The position numbers and the translations under genes were made by a program. Positions 28,260 through 43,791 of a stretch of 64,000 nucleotides of DNA are shown here, in pieces (within the stretch, counting starts at the first letter, position 1; every line of letters begins with the position of its first letter). Below the pieces are notes generated by a model. That model was not told the origin of the DNA and ran no database searches. It worked only from the letters and a program-made list of their open reading frames with translations. This DNA is from Eledone cirrhosa (taxonomy: Eukaryota): assembly GCA_964016885.1 (NCBI GenBank), contig OZ024760.1:22320001-22384000 (forward strand), written 5' to 3'.

Positions 28260-28358
28260 CTTAGATGTCAACATGAATGGACCTGATATTTTTATCTAAA
28301 TACAATTTTTCCAATTCCATCCCGCCCGTTCCCTCAATCTATCTTATTTCTCATTCTT

Positions 28359-28394
28359 TCTTCTGACGAAGGACTAGCGTCCGAAACGTTAAGA
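28359..28394 (+). ncRNA. Minimal hammerhead ribozyme (PLE-type)
   Basis: TCTT-CTGACGA-A-GGAC-TAGC-GTCC-GAAA-CG-TT-AAGA; palindromic ACGT stem III; downstream sequence is shared with ~812-900. Confidence 0.8.
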
Positions 28395-28476
28395 CCCGCT
28401 TCCTGCTATATCAAGCGTTAACCTAATATATCCCTTCCATATACTGTACCGATTGTGTTGTTATTTCTGTTTACCT

Positions 28477-28507
<31 letters not shown>

Positions 28508-28909
28508 GTTAGTAACTGCCTCAATACAAATCTTGAGAAGCTAGGCTTCACAGAAACAGAAAGAACACAACTAGTTAGGAAATTCCAAGTACAATCCATT
28601 AATGGAACAGTAAAAATATGTAAAACCTTCCAAAAACTTTGCATCTAATAACTGCATATACACATGTACAGATACAAAGCATATACACATGCACACATAC
28701 AACTCAAAACATCCACATCCACACATACAATAACATCTATATCTACACATGCATGCATGCATACATAATCTACCTAGTTGATGTGTAAGTTCCAATGAGA
28801 GAGTCTTGTGTCTATGTTAGAAACCGATTCTCTCTCTATTGGTAAAACTTTGTGAAATTATAAAACCAGAAGTACATACATAAATACATACACATATACA
28901 TATATATAT

Positions 28910-29303
28910 GGTGGCTGCCAACTCGTTTTCGAGTACGGCCACTACTTTATATCCATGTAGGAGAACCCCTACCGATGCGCTGAACGAGTGTGACTTTTTA
29001 GTCCAGCCAGCGACTTGATAACTCTGGTACCAACACTACACTTGTGACAATTATTGACACATAGTGCTGGGCCCATGTGACGAGAAGTGCAGAGAGATCT
29101 CCAGATATAAAGCAATGCCTGTGCCATGAAGCTTTTATAGTGAGCAAAGGCACTGCACAAAGCCAGTCCCACTCTCTTAACCAAGATGATATTTACCAAA
29201 AAGAAGAACAAGTCAACATCATTGGATACCATCAGGGTTGCAGGTGTTATATCAGAGTTTTCCTTCTCCTAGAATTCTGCCTTGACAAAGGCTAAGGGGT
29301 CAT
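28910..29303 (-). mobile_element. Non-autonomous retroelement with RTE-like C2H2 tail
   Basis: Near-identical copy at 36441-36780; CHKC..RVIKSLAGLKSHTRSAH resembles the zinc finger at RTE ORF ends; (TA)n tail. Confidence 0.65.
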
Positions 29304-29864
29304 CTATATATATATATAAATGAAAAGTATAGAAATTGTTGTAGCGAGAAGCTAACAGTATTCCATAACATATATGTGACTATAGCGTCAAAATGGGAAA
29401 ATAGTTAACATAAGATATGGGAAAAATAATTCAGACTCAATTCAAAAGGATATAGACTTATCCAACAGAATTTAGAGAAATCCAGGGAAAAATCAATAGA
29501 GCCTTAACTCATGATAAAACAAAGTCTAAAGTACTCAACCTTCAATTTGGGACAACTTCAAATGCTCTGTATAGTCTTGAAAAGACTATTTCACTAACAC
29601 TTTCAGTGGAGATGGTCACGGTTGGATTTCGTTCGTCAGCAGAGCTCAACATGGTAACCAAGGTCTCACTGGTAATATGCCAAAAAGGGAATTTAAAAGC
29701 AGGCTAGTTTAACATCATGCGTGGTTATTAAAATAAACGCACATGTGGAAAAACAGGGCTGGTGAAGTCAGAATGAGACAAATGTTTGTTTACATGAAAC
29801 AACAGTCAAAAACATTCCGAAAGAAAACTCTACAAATGGAGTTCAGCAAAAAGCAATATCATCA

Positions 29865-29957
<93 letters not shown>

Positions 29958-29959
<2 letters not shown>

Positions 29960-30134
29960 AGGCGGGTAAAATTCCCGAGATCCATGGACGAGTTCTCTCC
30001 AGCGGTCTCTGTCCCTCATTATCGCTGCCATGTCCTGCATCTCCAACAGACCAGTGTCTGTCCTTAGGGTATCAACATACGTTAACCTTGGTCTTCCTCT
30101 TCTAGTGTGTCCATGTAGGGGCTCCCAAAGGAGT
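29958..30134 (-). mobile_element. RTE-clade LINE 3' fragment
   Basis: LLWEPLHGHTRRGRPRLTYVDTLRTDTG...MRDRDRWRELV, a typical RTE ORF C-terminus. Confidence 0.8.
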
Positions 30135-30295
30135 ATATATATATATATCATACATTGCCGAAATTAATAATAACCTAATATATACTAATTAGTGCTACTA
30201 AAATCCTAAAGCCAATCTTGAGTCTCGTGGCTCGTTACGTCGATACTTTTTTCAGTTTCTTTGATGTTAAACGACTGAGATTTCAAGACACTCTG

Positions 30296-30492
30296 GACTT
30301 GACGCCAGTCAATTGCAGATTTAACTCCCCAACATCAATTACTGGTTCTCGTTTCTCAGCTGAGTATGCTGGAGCAATATGAAATGAAGTATTTTATCCA
30401 AGAACACAACTCACACAAACCCGGCCTAGAAATCGAACACATGACATTATGATCGTTAAATCCGACACCGTTGCCACTAGGCCACGCTCCTT
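30296..30492 (-). mobile_element. tRNA-derived SINE (family C, diverged)
   Basis: Minus-strand GCGTGGCCTAGTGG A-box and GTTCGATT B-box; homologous to 43440-43716. Confidence 0.65.
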
Positions 30493-30658
30493 CCCATGAA
30501 AGTTCATGTTACATTAAGTATTGTCGGATAGGTTTACACTTCCATATAGCGTTCTTCGTTCTCATCTTTGAAGAAACATATTTTTAAAACGCTGCTCTGT
30601 CACCTGAACTTCTCTAGCTTAACAAGGAAAAATGAAATTTTTTCTGTTTTAATAATAC

Positions 30659-30695
<37 letters not shown>

Positions 30696-30947
30696 CAAAC
30701 ACATTCATAATCAACTGCATATACTCATATATACACACACAAACGCATTCAGGTTCAACAGTATATATACAGATAAACATACACAGACAAACACACATGC
30801 ACATACGCAAACACAAACACACACACAAACATACATACATACACACAAACACACAAATCCATTCAAATTACCTTTGTTCTGGAATCTCAAATTTCTTTCA
30901 CCATTTTGTGTTTAGTCGGTGTACAATACACACCCACTCACACGCAC

Positions 30948-30980
<33 letters not shown>

Positions 30981-30993
30981 CACACACATTCAT

Positions 30994-31024
<31 letters not shown>

Positions 31025-31039
31025 CACGCATATACATAC

Positions 31040-31070
<31 letters not shown>

Positions 31071-31153
31071 TATATATATACACACACACACACTTTGCAA
31101 ATATAAACGCACGCACACACAATCACACATACATATATACACCTACTCGTCTG

Positions 31154-31185
<32 letters not shown>

Positions 31186-31473
31186 TAAATACATATAAAT
31201 AAATATATACATATATATAAAATATACATATATAAATATATACATATATATAAATAAATACATATATATATAAATACATATATATATAAATACATATATA
31301 TATAAATACATATATATAAAATATATACATATATATAAAATATATACATATATATAAATATATACATATTTATAAATATATACATATTTATAAATATATA
31401 CATATATATAAATATATATATATTTATAAATATATACATATATATAAATATATACATATTTATAAATATATAC

Positions 31474-31508
<35 letters not shown>

Positions 31509-31924
31509 CATATTTATAAATATATACATATTTATAAATATATACATATATATATAAAATATACACATATAAATATATAAAATATACATATAAATATATA
31601 AAATATACATATAAATATATAAAATATACATATATAAATACATAAAATATACATATATAAATATATAAAATATACATATATAAATATATAAAATATACAT
31701 ATATAAATATATACACATATAAATATATAAAATATACACATATAAATATATAAAATATACACATATAAATATATAAAATATACATATATAAATATATACA
31801 TATATATAAATATATATAAATATATACATATATATAAATATATACATATATATAAATATATACATATATATAAATATATACATATATATAAATATATATA
31901 TACATAACGACAAACACACACACG

Positions 31925-31969
<45 letters not shown>

Positions 31970-32364
31970 TTATATAACCACACATATGTACACACACACG
32001 GTTCCAAAGGTATCATTTGAAAATATCAATCAATTTCTATTCCGTTTCTTTGCTCTTCTTCTAAACGTTAAACTTCCCACCCGTGTATTACTAAGATTGA
32101 TCATGTTCTCTGGAAGAGGAGGGCTGAGGTGAGGTGGTGTGTTTGTGGAGCTTGTACGTGTGCGTGTGGGTAATGGCGAGTGGATCGTGTTCTTCACAGA
32201 TCAACATAACAGGCAAGAAACAAAATGGCCGCCGACATTGATCGCTGGAAGGAAACGCAACGAAATATTAGACTTTCCGGGGAAAAAATCTTTTCAACGG
32301 AGATAATGAATAATAATGATAATACTACTACTAATAATAAACTAAATTAAAAGTTATATATATA

Positions 32365-32405
<41 letters not shown>

Positions 32406-32414
32406 AACACACAC

Positions 32415-32447
<33 letters not shown>

Positions 32448-32506
32448 AACGCGCGCACACATATATATATACTCACACACACAAACACACATACACAGAT
32501 ACATTC

Positions 32507-32587
<81 letters not shown>

Positions 32588-33406
32588 CACACACATATAT
32601 ATACACACACTCACACATATATACACACACACACATATATACACAGACACACTCATATATATATATACACACACACAGAGATTATATATATATATATATA
32701 TATATATATTGCGATGATTATGCTAATTTGAAATTGTCTTTCAGTCTTCTATTCAAACTATCATTGTTTCACAGTTTCACTCTTTCATTACAGCTCTGTC
32801 TCGACTTTCCTTTCATCTCCCCCCACCCATTCTCTCACTCTCTACCTTATTGTTTTACCTTCTTATTCTCTGGTACACCTACCCACCTTCTGTCTATCAT
32901 TCATTTTTTTTTCGTACATCTTTTCCCATATCTGTCTTCCCTTGTTTAATTTTCAATCAAACACACTGTTCCTTCTTTGTTTCTCATCCTTTGTCTCCTA
33001 CCATTTCCCGGGCAATACTTCATCTCTCTACCTCTCTTCATTATTCTCTTTCTCTTCACATTGTGTTCACTCTTGTCATCTCTCTGCCCTTCTTCATTCA
33101 TCTAATCTTTCATCCTTTCTTATCCGACGATGTTCCAAACAACAGTCTCCGTAGACCCGAATCCACCCCCAAGACGGTCTGGGATTGACCCGAAGTTATA
33201 GCAAAAGTTATCTACCCTTGAAGCCACGTACTTGGAGAGCAGACGGAGCCACAGTGATTACGACGAAGCGAACTTATTTCACATTTGACCATGCATGAAT
33301 CGATATCAATATATATCAATATATATATATGGTATACGGAATATGTATGTATATATAAATATATTGCATATACATAATACATGTATACATATGTATATAT
33401 ATACAT

Positions 33407-33446
<40 letters not shown>

Positions 33447-33529
33447 TATATCTGTATAGTGTATATCCGTATATATCCGTATATATAATAAATTTATATA
33501 TTATATATATATAGTATATATGTATACAT

Positions 33530-33830
33530 CTCTATATATAATATATGTATACATGTATACATCTCTATATATAATATATGTATACATCTCTATATATAAT
33601 ATGTGTATACATCTCTATATATAATATATGTATACATCTCTATATATAATATATGTATACATCTCTATATATAATATGTGTATACATCTCTATATATAAT
33701 ATGTGTATACATCTCTATATATAATATGTGTATACATCTCTATATATAATATGTGTATACATCTCTATATATAATATGTGTATACATCTCTATATATAAT
33801 ATGTGTATACATCTTTATATATAATGTGTG
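33530..33830. repeat. 25-bp tandem repeat TATACATCTCTATATATAATATGTG
   Basis: About 11 copies, direct reading. Confidence 0.9.
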
Positions 33831-33896
33831 TATACATTATATAAAATATATATATATATATATATATAGTATGTACGTATATACATATATGTATAA

Positions 33897-33936
<40 letters not shown>

Positions 33937-33968
33937 GCACATATATACATATATGCTTGATATATAAG

Positions 33969-34000
<32 letters not shown>

Positions 34001-34379
34001 GTATACATTATATAAATGTATGTATATTGAGAGAGAGACGGGGAGAGAGAAAAGAGAGGGGAGCAAAAGAGAAAGTGAGAGAGACAGAGAGAGGTATAGA
34101 TTATTTGATATCGAATAGGAAACAAACCAATAAACCTATGAAGAAAGTAGCTTAAAACGAGAATATATATTTGCGTAGGTTGAGAGTTTGAGGGCAATAT
34201 GGCGGCTATTGCTCTCAGATCGAGGCCTGACGTAGAGGCTCCCTGATTTTCAGATATAGCATGGCGGCTGACTATTTAAAGATTACCCCAGACGCACTTC
34301 AGAGGATCACTGACCTCAAGGTCATGACATTCAGATACGCTATTTCTTTCTTTCTTTCTGTCTGTGTGTCTCTCTCTTA

Positions 34380-35006
34380 CACACACACATGCACACAATA
34401 CACACAATACACACACACATATATACAAACACACATACAACAATACATATATACACGCACAACACACAGAAGAGGCAAACACAGAAACACATGCAAACAC
34501 ACACACACATACAACAATACATGCACACACACACACACACACACACAGGCAAACACAAACAGTTGCAAACACACACACACACATACAATACATGTACACA
34601 CACACACACACACACACAGAGGCAAACACAGAAACACATGCAAACACACATACACATACAATACATGCACACACACACACACACAGGCAAACACAGAAAC
34701 ACTTGCAAACACACACACACATACAATACATGTACACACACACACAGAGGCAAACACAGAAACACATGCAAACACACACACACACACACACACATACAAC
34801 AATACATGCACACACACACACACACACAGAGGCAAACACAGAAACACATGCAAACACACATACAACAATACATGCACACACACACACGCAGGCAAACACA
34901 GAAATACTTGCAAATACACACACACACACATACAATACATGTACACACACACACAGAGGCAAACACAGAACCACATGCAAACACACACACACGTACAACA
35001 ATACAT

Positions 35007-35058
<52 letters not shown>

Positions 35059-36150
35059 GCAAACACATGCAAACACACACACACACAACACATACAACAA
35101 TAAATGCACACACACACACACACTGAGGCAAACACAGAAACACATGCAAACACACACACACACAACACACATTTCCTCACATACACAAACAACAACATAT
35201 AAACAAACACAGACAAAATCTCTTACACACACACACACACACACATTCACACACATACATACTACACATGCAAACATGTATACAATCTCTCGCTCACATA
35301 CGCATACCACACACACACACGCAATTCGCATGCAAACATACAGACAGTATCTCACACATTCACACACAAGCACACATATACCGCACATGCAAACATACAC
35401 ACAATCTCTCTCTCTCTCTCACACACACGATACACACACACTTTCTCCCTCTCTCACACACACACACAATACACATGCAAACACACAATCTCTCTCTCAC
35501 ACACAATACACATGCAAACACACAATCTCTCTCTCTCTCACACACACACAATACACATGCAAACACACACAACATCTCTCACACACACACACAATACACA
35601 TGCAAACACACACAACATCTCTAACACATACACAATACACATGCAAACACACACAACATCTCTCTAACACATACACAATACACATGCAAACACACACAAC
35701 ATCTCTCTAACACATACACAATACACATGCAAACACACACAACATCTCTCTAACACATACACAATACACATGCAAACACACACAACATCTCTCTAGCATA
35801 TACACAATACACATGCAAACACACACAATCTCTCTCTCACACACACACGATACACATACAAACATACACATGCAAACACACAATCTCTCTCTCACACACA
35901 CACACAATACACATACAAACACAAACAATACACATGCAAACACACACAACATCTGTCTCAAACACACACACACGATACACATACAAACACACACAATCTC
36001 TCTCTCACACACACACACAATACACATGCAAACGCACACAATCTCTCTCAAACACACACACACGATACACATACAAACACACACAATCTCTCTCTGACAC
36101 ACACACACACAATCGACACACACACACGATACACATACACACAATCGACA
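34380..36150. repeat. (CA)n-derived minisatellites
   Basis: Recurrent GGCAAACACAGAAACACATGC and CAATACACATGCAAACAC units. Confidence 0.85.
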
Positions 36151-36440
36151 TGCATATTCTCTCTCCCCCTTTCAGAATCTTAAGTCAGAGGTCAGCAATA
36201 AAAATTACAAAGGCAGACGATATCGAAATATATAACCAAACACTTATATACATACATAAATGTATATATATATTATGAAAATATAATAAATGTATATATA
36301 TAAATGTATATATAAATACATAATTATAATAGAAGAATGCATACTCGAAACACACACACAAACACACACACACACACGCACACATATAGATTATAGAATA
36401 ATAATTTCAATATATCTGGCATACACACACATACATATAT

Positions 36441-36780
36441 GGTGGCTGCCAACTCGTTTTCGAGTACGGCCACTACTTTATATCCATGTAGGAGAACCCC
36501 TACTGATGCGCTGAACGAGTGTGACTTTTTAGTCCAGCCAGCGACTTGAAAACTCTGGTACAAACACTACACTTGTGACAATTATTGACACATAGTGCTG
36601 GGCCCATGGTACCATGTTGCGACAAGTGCAGAGAGATCTCCAGATATAAAGCAATGCCTGTGCCGTGAAGCTTTTATAGTGAGCAAAGGCACTGCACAAA
36701 GCCAGTCCCACTCTCTTAACCAAGATGATATTTACCAAAAAGAAGAACAAGTCAACATCATTGGATACCATCAGGGTTGC
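36441..36780 (-). mobile_element. Second copy of the RTE-tailed element
   Basis: Highly similar to 28910-29241. Confidence 0.7.
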
Positions 36781-37012
36781 CTAAACTGTTGAGTGCTTTG
36801 GATCAGTTGTAAACATCTATATTTGTTGGATTTCCAACAAATTATATATCTCATATACACACACACATATATATATATATATATACGTATGCGTGTGTAT
36901 GTATCACTGGTATTTTTTTCACCGATAATACGGAGAACAAGGGCAATCATATTTCTAATGTTATCTTCGATAACTGTAACAGAAATTGGTGTCTTACAAG
37001 ATCAAACTACAC

Positions 37013-37053
<41 letters not shown>

Positions 37054-37066
37054 TTATACATTCATA

Positions 37067-37115
<49 letters not shown>

Positions 37116-37160
37116 TTATACATTCATATTTAATTATATATATATATATATACATTCATA

Positions 37161-37202
<42 letters not shown>

Positions 37203-37215
37203 CTTCATATTTAAT

Positions 37216-37247
<32 letters not shown>

Positions 37248-37460
37248 CTTCATATTTAACTATATATATATATACTTCATATTTAACTATATATATATAT
37301 ACTTCATATTTAACTATATATATATATATACTTCATATTTAACTATATATATATATATACTTCATATTTAACTATATATATACTTCATATATATATATAG
37401 TTAAATATGAAGTATATAAACATATATATATATATAGTTAAATATGAAGTATTTAAACAT

Positions 37461-37491
<31 letters not shown>

Positions 37492-37523
37492 TATATATAT
37501 ATAATATATATATATATATAAAG

Positions 37524-37555
<32 letters not shown>

Positions 37556-37667
37556 AATATGAAGTATATATATATATATATATATATGATGTATATAAAT
37601 ATATAAATATATATATATATATATATAAATATGAAGTATATATATATATATATAGTTAAATATGAAG

Positions 37668-37709
<42 letters not shown>

Positions 37710-37759
37710 AATATGAAGTATGTATATATATATATATATATATATAGTTAAATATGAAG

Positions 37760-37814
<55 letters not shown>

Positions 37815-38281
37815 GATATGGGAGAAATGCCATATTTAGTGGTAAGTGTCTCATTGATTCTGTAGTTTATTTTCTCTTAAAACCCTTTACATCTTCATTC
37901 CCCCCTCCACCACTTCTCCCTCCCCGCCCTCCATTTCCACCTTCTCATCCCTCCTCCACCCCTTACCACTCTCCCTATAATCTCCTCCTCCTTATTATCC
38001 CACCCTCACTCTAAACTGCCCCACCTTACCACTCCCCTCATACCCCCCCCCTCTAATCTCCTCCCCCGTAACTAATCTCCTCCCCCCCACCCTTTCTCAA
38101 TGCTATGTTCCAGATCTTTACGAAATGTTCATTTTGTCTCACGTTTGACAGTTGATTGATTTAATATATTTGTTTCATATATATATATATATATATACAC
38201 GTCATATAAATATATATATATATTTATACATACATATATATGTACATATATATGTATATATATTTATATATATATATATTT

Positions 38282-38372
<91 letters not shown>

Positions 38373-38419
38373 ATATATTTATATATTTATATATATATAT
38401 ATTTATATATATATATATT

Positions 38420-38552
<133 letters not shown>

Positions 38553-38569
38553 TTATATATATATATATT

Positions 38570-38674
<105 letters not shown>

Positions 38675-38800
38675 ATATATTTATATATACATATATATAT
38701 TTATATATACATATATATGTATATATATTTATATATACATATATATGTGTATGTGTGTGTATATGTGTATGTGTGTGTAAGTATGAAATGTACATATCTA

Positions 38801-38842
<42 letters not shown>

Positions 38843-38862
38843 TAAGGTGTATATATATATAT

Positions 38863-38896
<34 letters not shown>

Positions 38897-39160
38897 TGAG
38901 AGTGAGAGAACGAGAGAGAGAACGAAAGAAAGAATGAGAGAGAGAGAGAGAGATAGAGTGAGAGATATAGAGTGAGAGAGAGAGATAGAGAGAGATAGGG
39001 AGAGATAGAGAGAGATAGAGTGAGAGAGATAGAGTGAGAGAGATAGAGTGAGACAGAGAGAGTGAGACAGAGAGAGAGATGATAGAGATATGTGTGTGTA
39101 TGTGTGTGTGTATGTGTGTGTGTGTATATGTGTGTGTATATGTGTGTGTGTGTGTATATT

Positions 39161-39239
39161 CAGCGTGTCCTAAAAGAATGTATACACAGTTCAACAGCTT
39201 TTTAATAAGTATGCGTATACATTTTTGTGGTACTCCCTG
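39161..39239. mobile_element. Tiny Tc1/mariner-like MITE remnant
   Basis: Imperfect TIRs CAGCGTGTCC..AATGTATAC / GTATACATT..GGTACTCCCTG in a TA context. Confidence 0.5.
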
Positions 39240-39271
<32 letters not shown>

Positions 39272-40333
39272 CATACATGTAAATATGTGTTCATTTATAT
39301 ATAAACATACGTATGAGTATATATAAATAGGCACAAACATGTATACATACATGCAAGCGTTTATACAGACACATACATGAATGCACCCACGTATAACTTC
39401 AACATAGCATATATACACATATGCATGCATATATACACTTGTGCATGCATGAACCATGCATATATAGACATGTGCATGTATGCATATATACGTACATATA
39501 AACATTCATTCATACATACATATAAACATACACGTTTATACATATACAAACAGTATATTCTTTTAAATACACAAACACATATATTGTGTATATATATACA
39601 CAATATACATACATATGAATATACGTATATACACACACACACACATATATATATACACAATATACATACATATGAATATACGTATATACACACACACATA
39701 TATATATATATATAAACAAAATATATACGTATGAATAAACATGTATACAAAACAATATATATATATACATATATATACTATATATAAACACATATATACA
39801 CATACACACACACACACATATATATATATACATACATACACACACATATATATACATACATACACACACATATATATACATACATACACAGACACATATA
39901 TATATATATATATACATACATACATGCAAAAATTCATACATATAGATATACATACATACAAAATTACAAAAAATGCACAAATAGATAATTACATAAATAT
40001 AAATATACATAGACTCATACATCCGTATGTACACACAAACACACACTCATTGGATTGCAAATAATGTAGATCGTTGCTCTCAGGGAAAACATGAGCAAAT
40101 GAGACTCTAAACAAACGCTATAAACAACGGAAGATTGTTACACGAAAGGGTGTATATATGACAAGTAATTGTATATACTTCATATATACACAAATTACAC
40201 GCCAATAAACATTTATAAACAATTGGTGTAATTAATATGGCGGACAGTTCTTTGAACGGTGTAAAAGGGTGTATGGCAGTAGAGCTTATAAAGTGAGCAT
40301 TTGTACACCAAAAGGCTTGTGTAGATCTATACA

Positions 40334-40365
<32 letters not shown>

Positions 40366-40442
40366 CACACACATATATATATACATATATATATATACAT
40401 ACACATATATATATACATACACATATATATATATATATACAT

Positions 40443-40508
<66 letters not shown>

Positions 40509-40509
40509 A

Positions 40510-40540
<31 letters not shown>

Positions 40541-40590
40541 ACACATATATATATACATATATATATATACATACACATATATATATACAT

Positions 40591-40623
<33 letters not shown>

Positions 40624-41210
40624 CAAACACATACATACATACACATATATATATACATACATTTACAAGTATACATATATATATATATACATAAATACAT
40701 AGACACACATATATATATATATATATACATATGTATATACATATATACACATACATCTATACATATACACATACATACACATATATATACACATACATAC
40801 ATATATATATACATGTATATATACATACCGATACATGTATTCATATACACATATATATATATATACATGCATGTATGATGTGTATATTTATCAACAGATC
40901 TAGAAATTTATCTTTCTTTTACTCTGAGATTACTTCCGCATCTATCTGTTAGATAGGTAGATGAACTGATATACAATCTAACTATATATCTATTTAGTTC
41001 TCTCTCTCTCTCTGTTTTAATCATTCTCTCTCCTTCTCCCCTTGTTGCGTGTGTGTGTGTGTGTGTATATATATATACGCATACATACATATATACACAC
41101 ACACATACATATATATATATACATGTATGTATATACACACATATACACACAAACGTACATACATGTGCATACTTACATATATACTTGTCTGTGTGCCTGT
41201 ATATATATAA

Positions 41211-41273
<63 letters not shown>

Positions 41274-41390
41274 GAGAGAGAGAGAGAGAGAGAGATTTTG
41301 AGTTTATGTTGGTTGTATACCAACACCTCAGTATGCAGCCTGGAGCACTCGACGAAGTGCGCAGGTTGGTTTGGTTACTCCGGAGTAGTG

Positions 41391-41815
41391 TAAAATAAAG
41401 TTAAATAAAAAGTCAAATGATTAAAATTTAGCTTCGTTTATTACTGCTATATATATTTCAGTGACAGCCATCTTTGGTTGTGACCTCTTCAGGCAGTTTG
41501 AATTAGTATGGTATAGACAAGTACATATGTTGTTGAGGTGTATAATATTGTCAATACTCTGATATGCCCAGTTCCTGGTTGGGTGTGTTATTTCACTGAG
41601 GAACTGCTCAGTGAAATAACAACCCAACCAGGAACTGGGCATATCAGAGTATTGACAATATTATACACCTCAACAACATATGTACTTGTCTATACCATAC
41701 TAATTCAAACTGCCTGAAGAGGTCACAACCAAAGATGGCTGTCACTGAAATATATATAGCAGTAATAAACGAAGCTAAATTTTAATCATTTGACTTTTTA
41801 TTTAACTTTATTTTA
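41391..41815. mobile_element. ~425-bp near-perfect palindrome of a PLE-like terminus
   Basis: Arms ~210 bp with a GAACTG spacer (41601-06); HHRs at 41443-41497 (-) and 41709-41763 (+). Confidence 0.85.
41709..41763 (+). ncRNA. Hammerhead ribozyme
   Basis: ACTGC-CTGAAGA-GGTCACAACCA-AAGA-TGGCTGTCACT-GAAA-TATATA-TA-GCAGT. Confidence 0.85.
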
Positions 41816-42730
41816 TATATATCTTTTACAAATATACACATCTTTTCTACCTTATTTCAGTATATTATATTATACAATTTACTCACTCTATATCGTTCTG
41901 ATCCCTTATCTTTCTTCTTTTTATCCTTTTTCTTTTTTAATTTCTAATCTTTAATCTGTAACTTTTACTTCCCAATTACTTCTCAATTCATATTATTACT
42001 CACTACAGCATTTTCTATTTTTCCATTTTTCCTCATATTATTGGCCATAGAAACTATATATTTTTTAATATATAATAATATTACCATTAGAAAATCTTTG
42101 TAAACATATATACTTTTTGACGTTAGATATTTTTTCTTCCTTAAATTCTCTTTTTTCTTCTCTCCTTCCGTGCCCGTTTTAAACCCACTATTTACTTTTA
42201 CATATTACAATACATAAAAACAAACTTAAACCCTAACTAATTCCTCTAAGTTCATAATTCATTTCTTCTTTCACATTATATTCTTAATATCATTAGTATT
42301 TTTATTTTAATAATACATATTAATAAATCCTTTTTTTTTGCACATATTATTAAACTCTTCAATATATAAACCTAAATTAATACTATTCCTAATTCCTTTT
42401 TCTTCAATCATAAACATCAACATCTATAAACCTCATCAAAATCTTTTTAAATTATCTATTATCTCCCAACGGTTTTTTAATTTCTCTCAGTGAGACAATG
42501 TTTTCTCAGTTGTAAAGGCTATCTCTCTCTATCACTCATTTCTCCTCCTCTCTCATCCTTCCTTCTTATACTCCTCCACCACCATCCTTTACGTTCTTTC
42601 TTCCTGACCTTTTCCTACCCACCCCTCATTTTTTCCCAATCTCATATATCCATCTTACTTTATTTTTCATATGTTGATTTAAAACTTCACTGCTCACAAG
42701 TGTTTTTTAAGCTTCATATCATGTATCCCT

Positions 42731-42799
42731 ATTTTATCTCATGAGAACGCAGATATCATCCCATGATGATATTTGTTTTTGAAATGCGCATAATAAAAT
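42731..42799 (+). ncRNA. HHR fold with G5C core change (CUCAUGA)
   Basis: Stem I ATTTTAT/ATAAAAT, long stem II, GAAA-TGCGCA-TA; truncated reverse copy at ~55765-55848. Confidence 0.7.
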
Positions 42800-42923
42800 A
42801 CTTGGAACTCTTTTAACCATCTTTTGATCTTATATTACTTATACTCCAGTCCTATAAACTGTAGAGTGCTACTTATCCGATATTTGCATTGCTTTATTGT
42901 GCTACAATAAAACTCACCCCTAC

Positions 42924-42959
<36 letters not shown>

Positions 42960-43240
42960 GTCGGTGACCCTGCATATATATATTTATATATATATACATA
43001 TATATATATACACACACACAAACACACACACACAAATACTTATATGGAGGGGTTTTGATATATATATCAAAGAAGTCTAAGCATTGCCCTACGGTTAAGC
43101 TTAGACCTTTTTGATATCTATGAAGACGGTATAAGCTTAGCTGTAAGGGAGATAATCCCTATAATATTATCGACATTTATGTTGCTTAAGTATAGCGTGA
43201 AATAACGGTTGCACTAGTAACATATCACTCAATTTCTCTC

Positions 43241-43275
<35 letters not shown>

Positions 43276-43346
43276 ACACACACACTCACGCACAATGAGT
43301 CATGCACACTATAATATGTGTATATAGATATATTGTGCTAAACCAA

Positions 43347-43385
<39 letters not shown>

Positions 43386-43439
43386 ATATATGTATGTAGA
43401 TATATAGTCATAAACCAAATTTATATATATAAAAAAAGT

Positions 43440-43716
43440 CGTAAGTCTGTCTTAAGCCAGAAGGTTCATTTGGCCGGTACTTATCCCGGTTTCATGGCGT
43501 GAAGCGACAGAGAGTACAAGACACTCCCCTGGACATGTCGCCAGTCCATCGCAGGGTTAAACCTCCAGCTATTGCTAGTACTCATTTTCAGCTGAGTATA
43601 CTGGAGCAACGTGAAATGGAGTGTTTTACTCAAGAACACAACACGCAACCCAGGAATCGAACCCATAACATTTTGATCGTAAGTCCAACACTCTTACCAC
43701 TAGGCCACGTGCCTCC
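43440..43716 (-). mobile_element. tRNA-derived SINE (family C)
   Basis: Minus-strand GTGGCCTAGTGGTAAG A-box and GGTTCGATTCC B-box. Confidence 0.75.
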
Positions 43717-43720
43717 ACTT

Positions 43721-43791
<71 letters not shown>

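Noticed and set aside
29622-29645. Minus-strand CTGACGA-AC-GAAA
   Set aside because: No stem II, stem III or stem I pairing.
41596-41620. CTGAGGA-ACTG-CT-CAGT-GAAA at the palindrome centre
   Set aside because: No convincing stem I or III; may be a by-product of the inversion.
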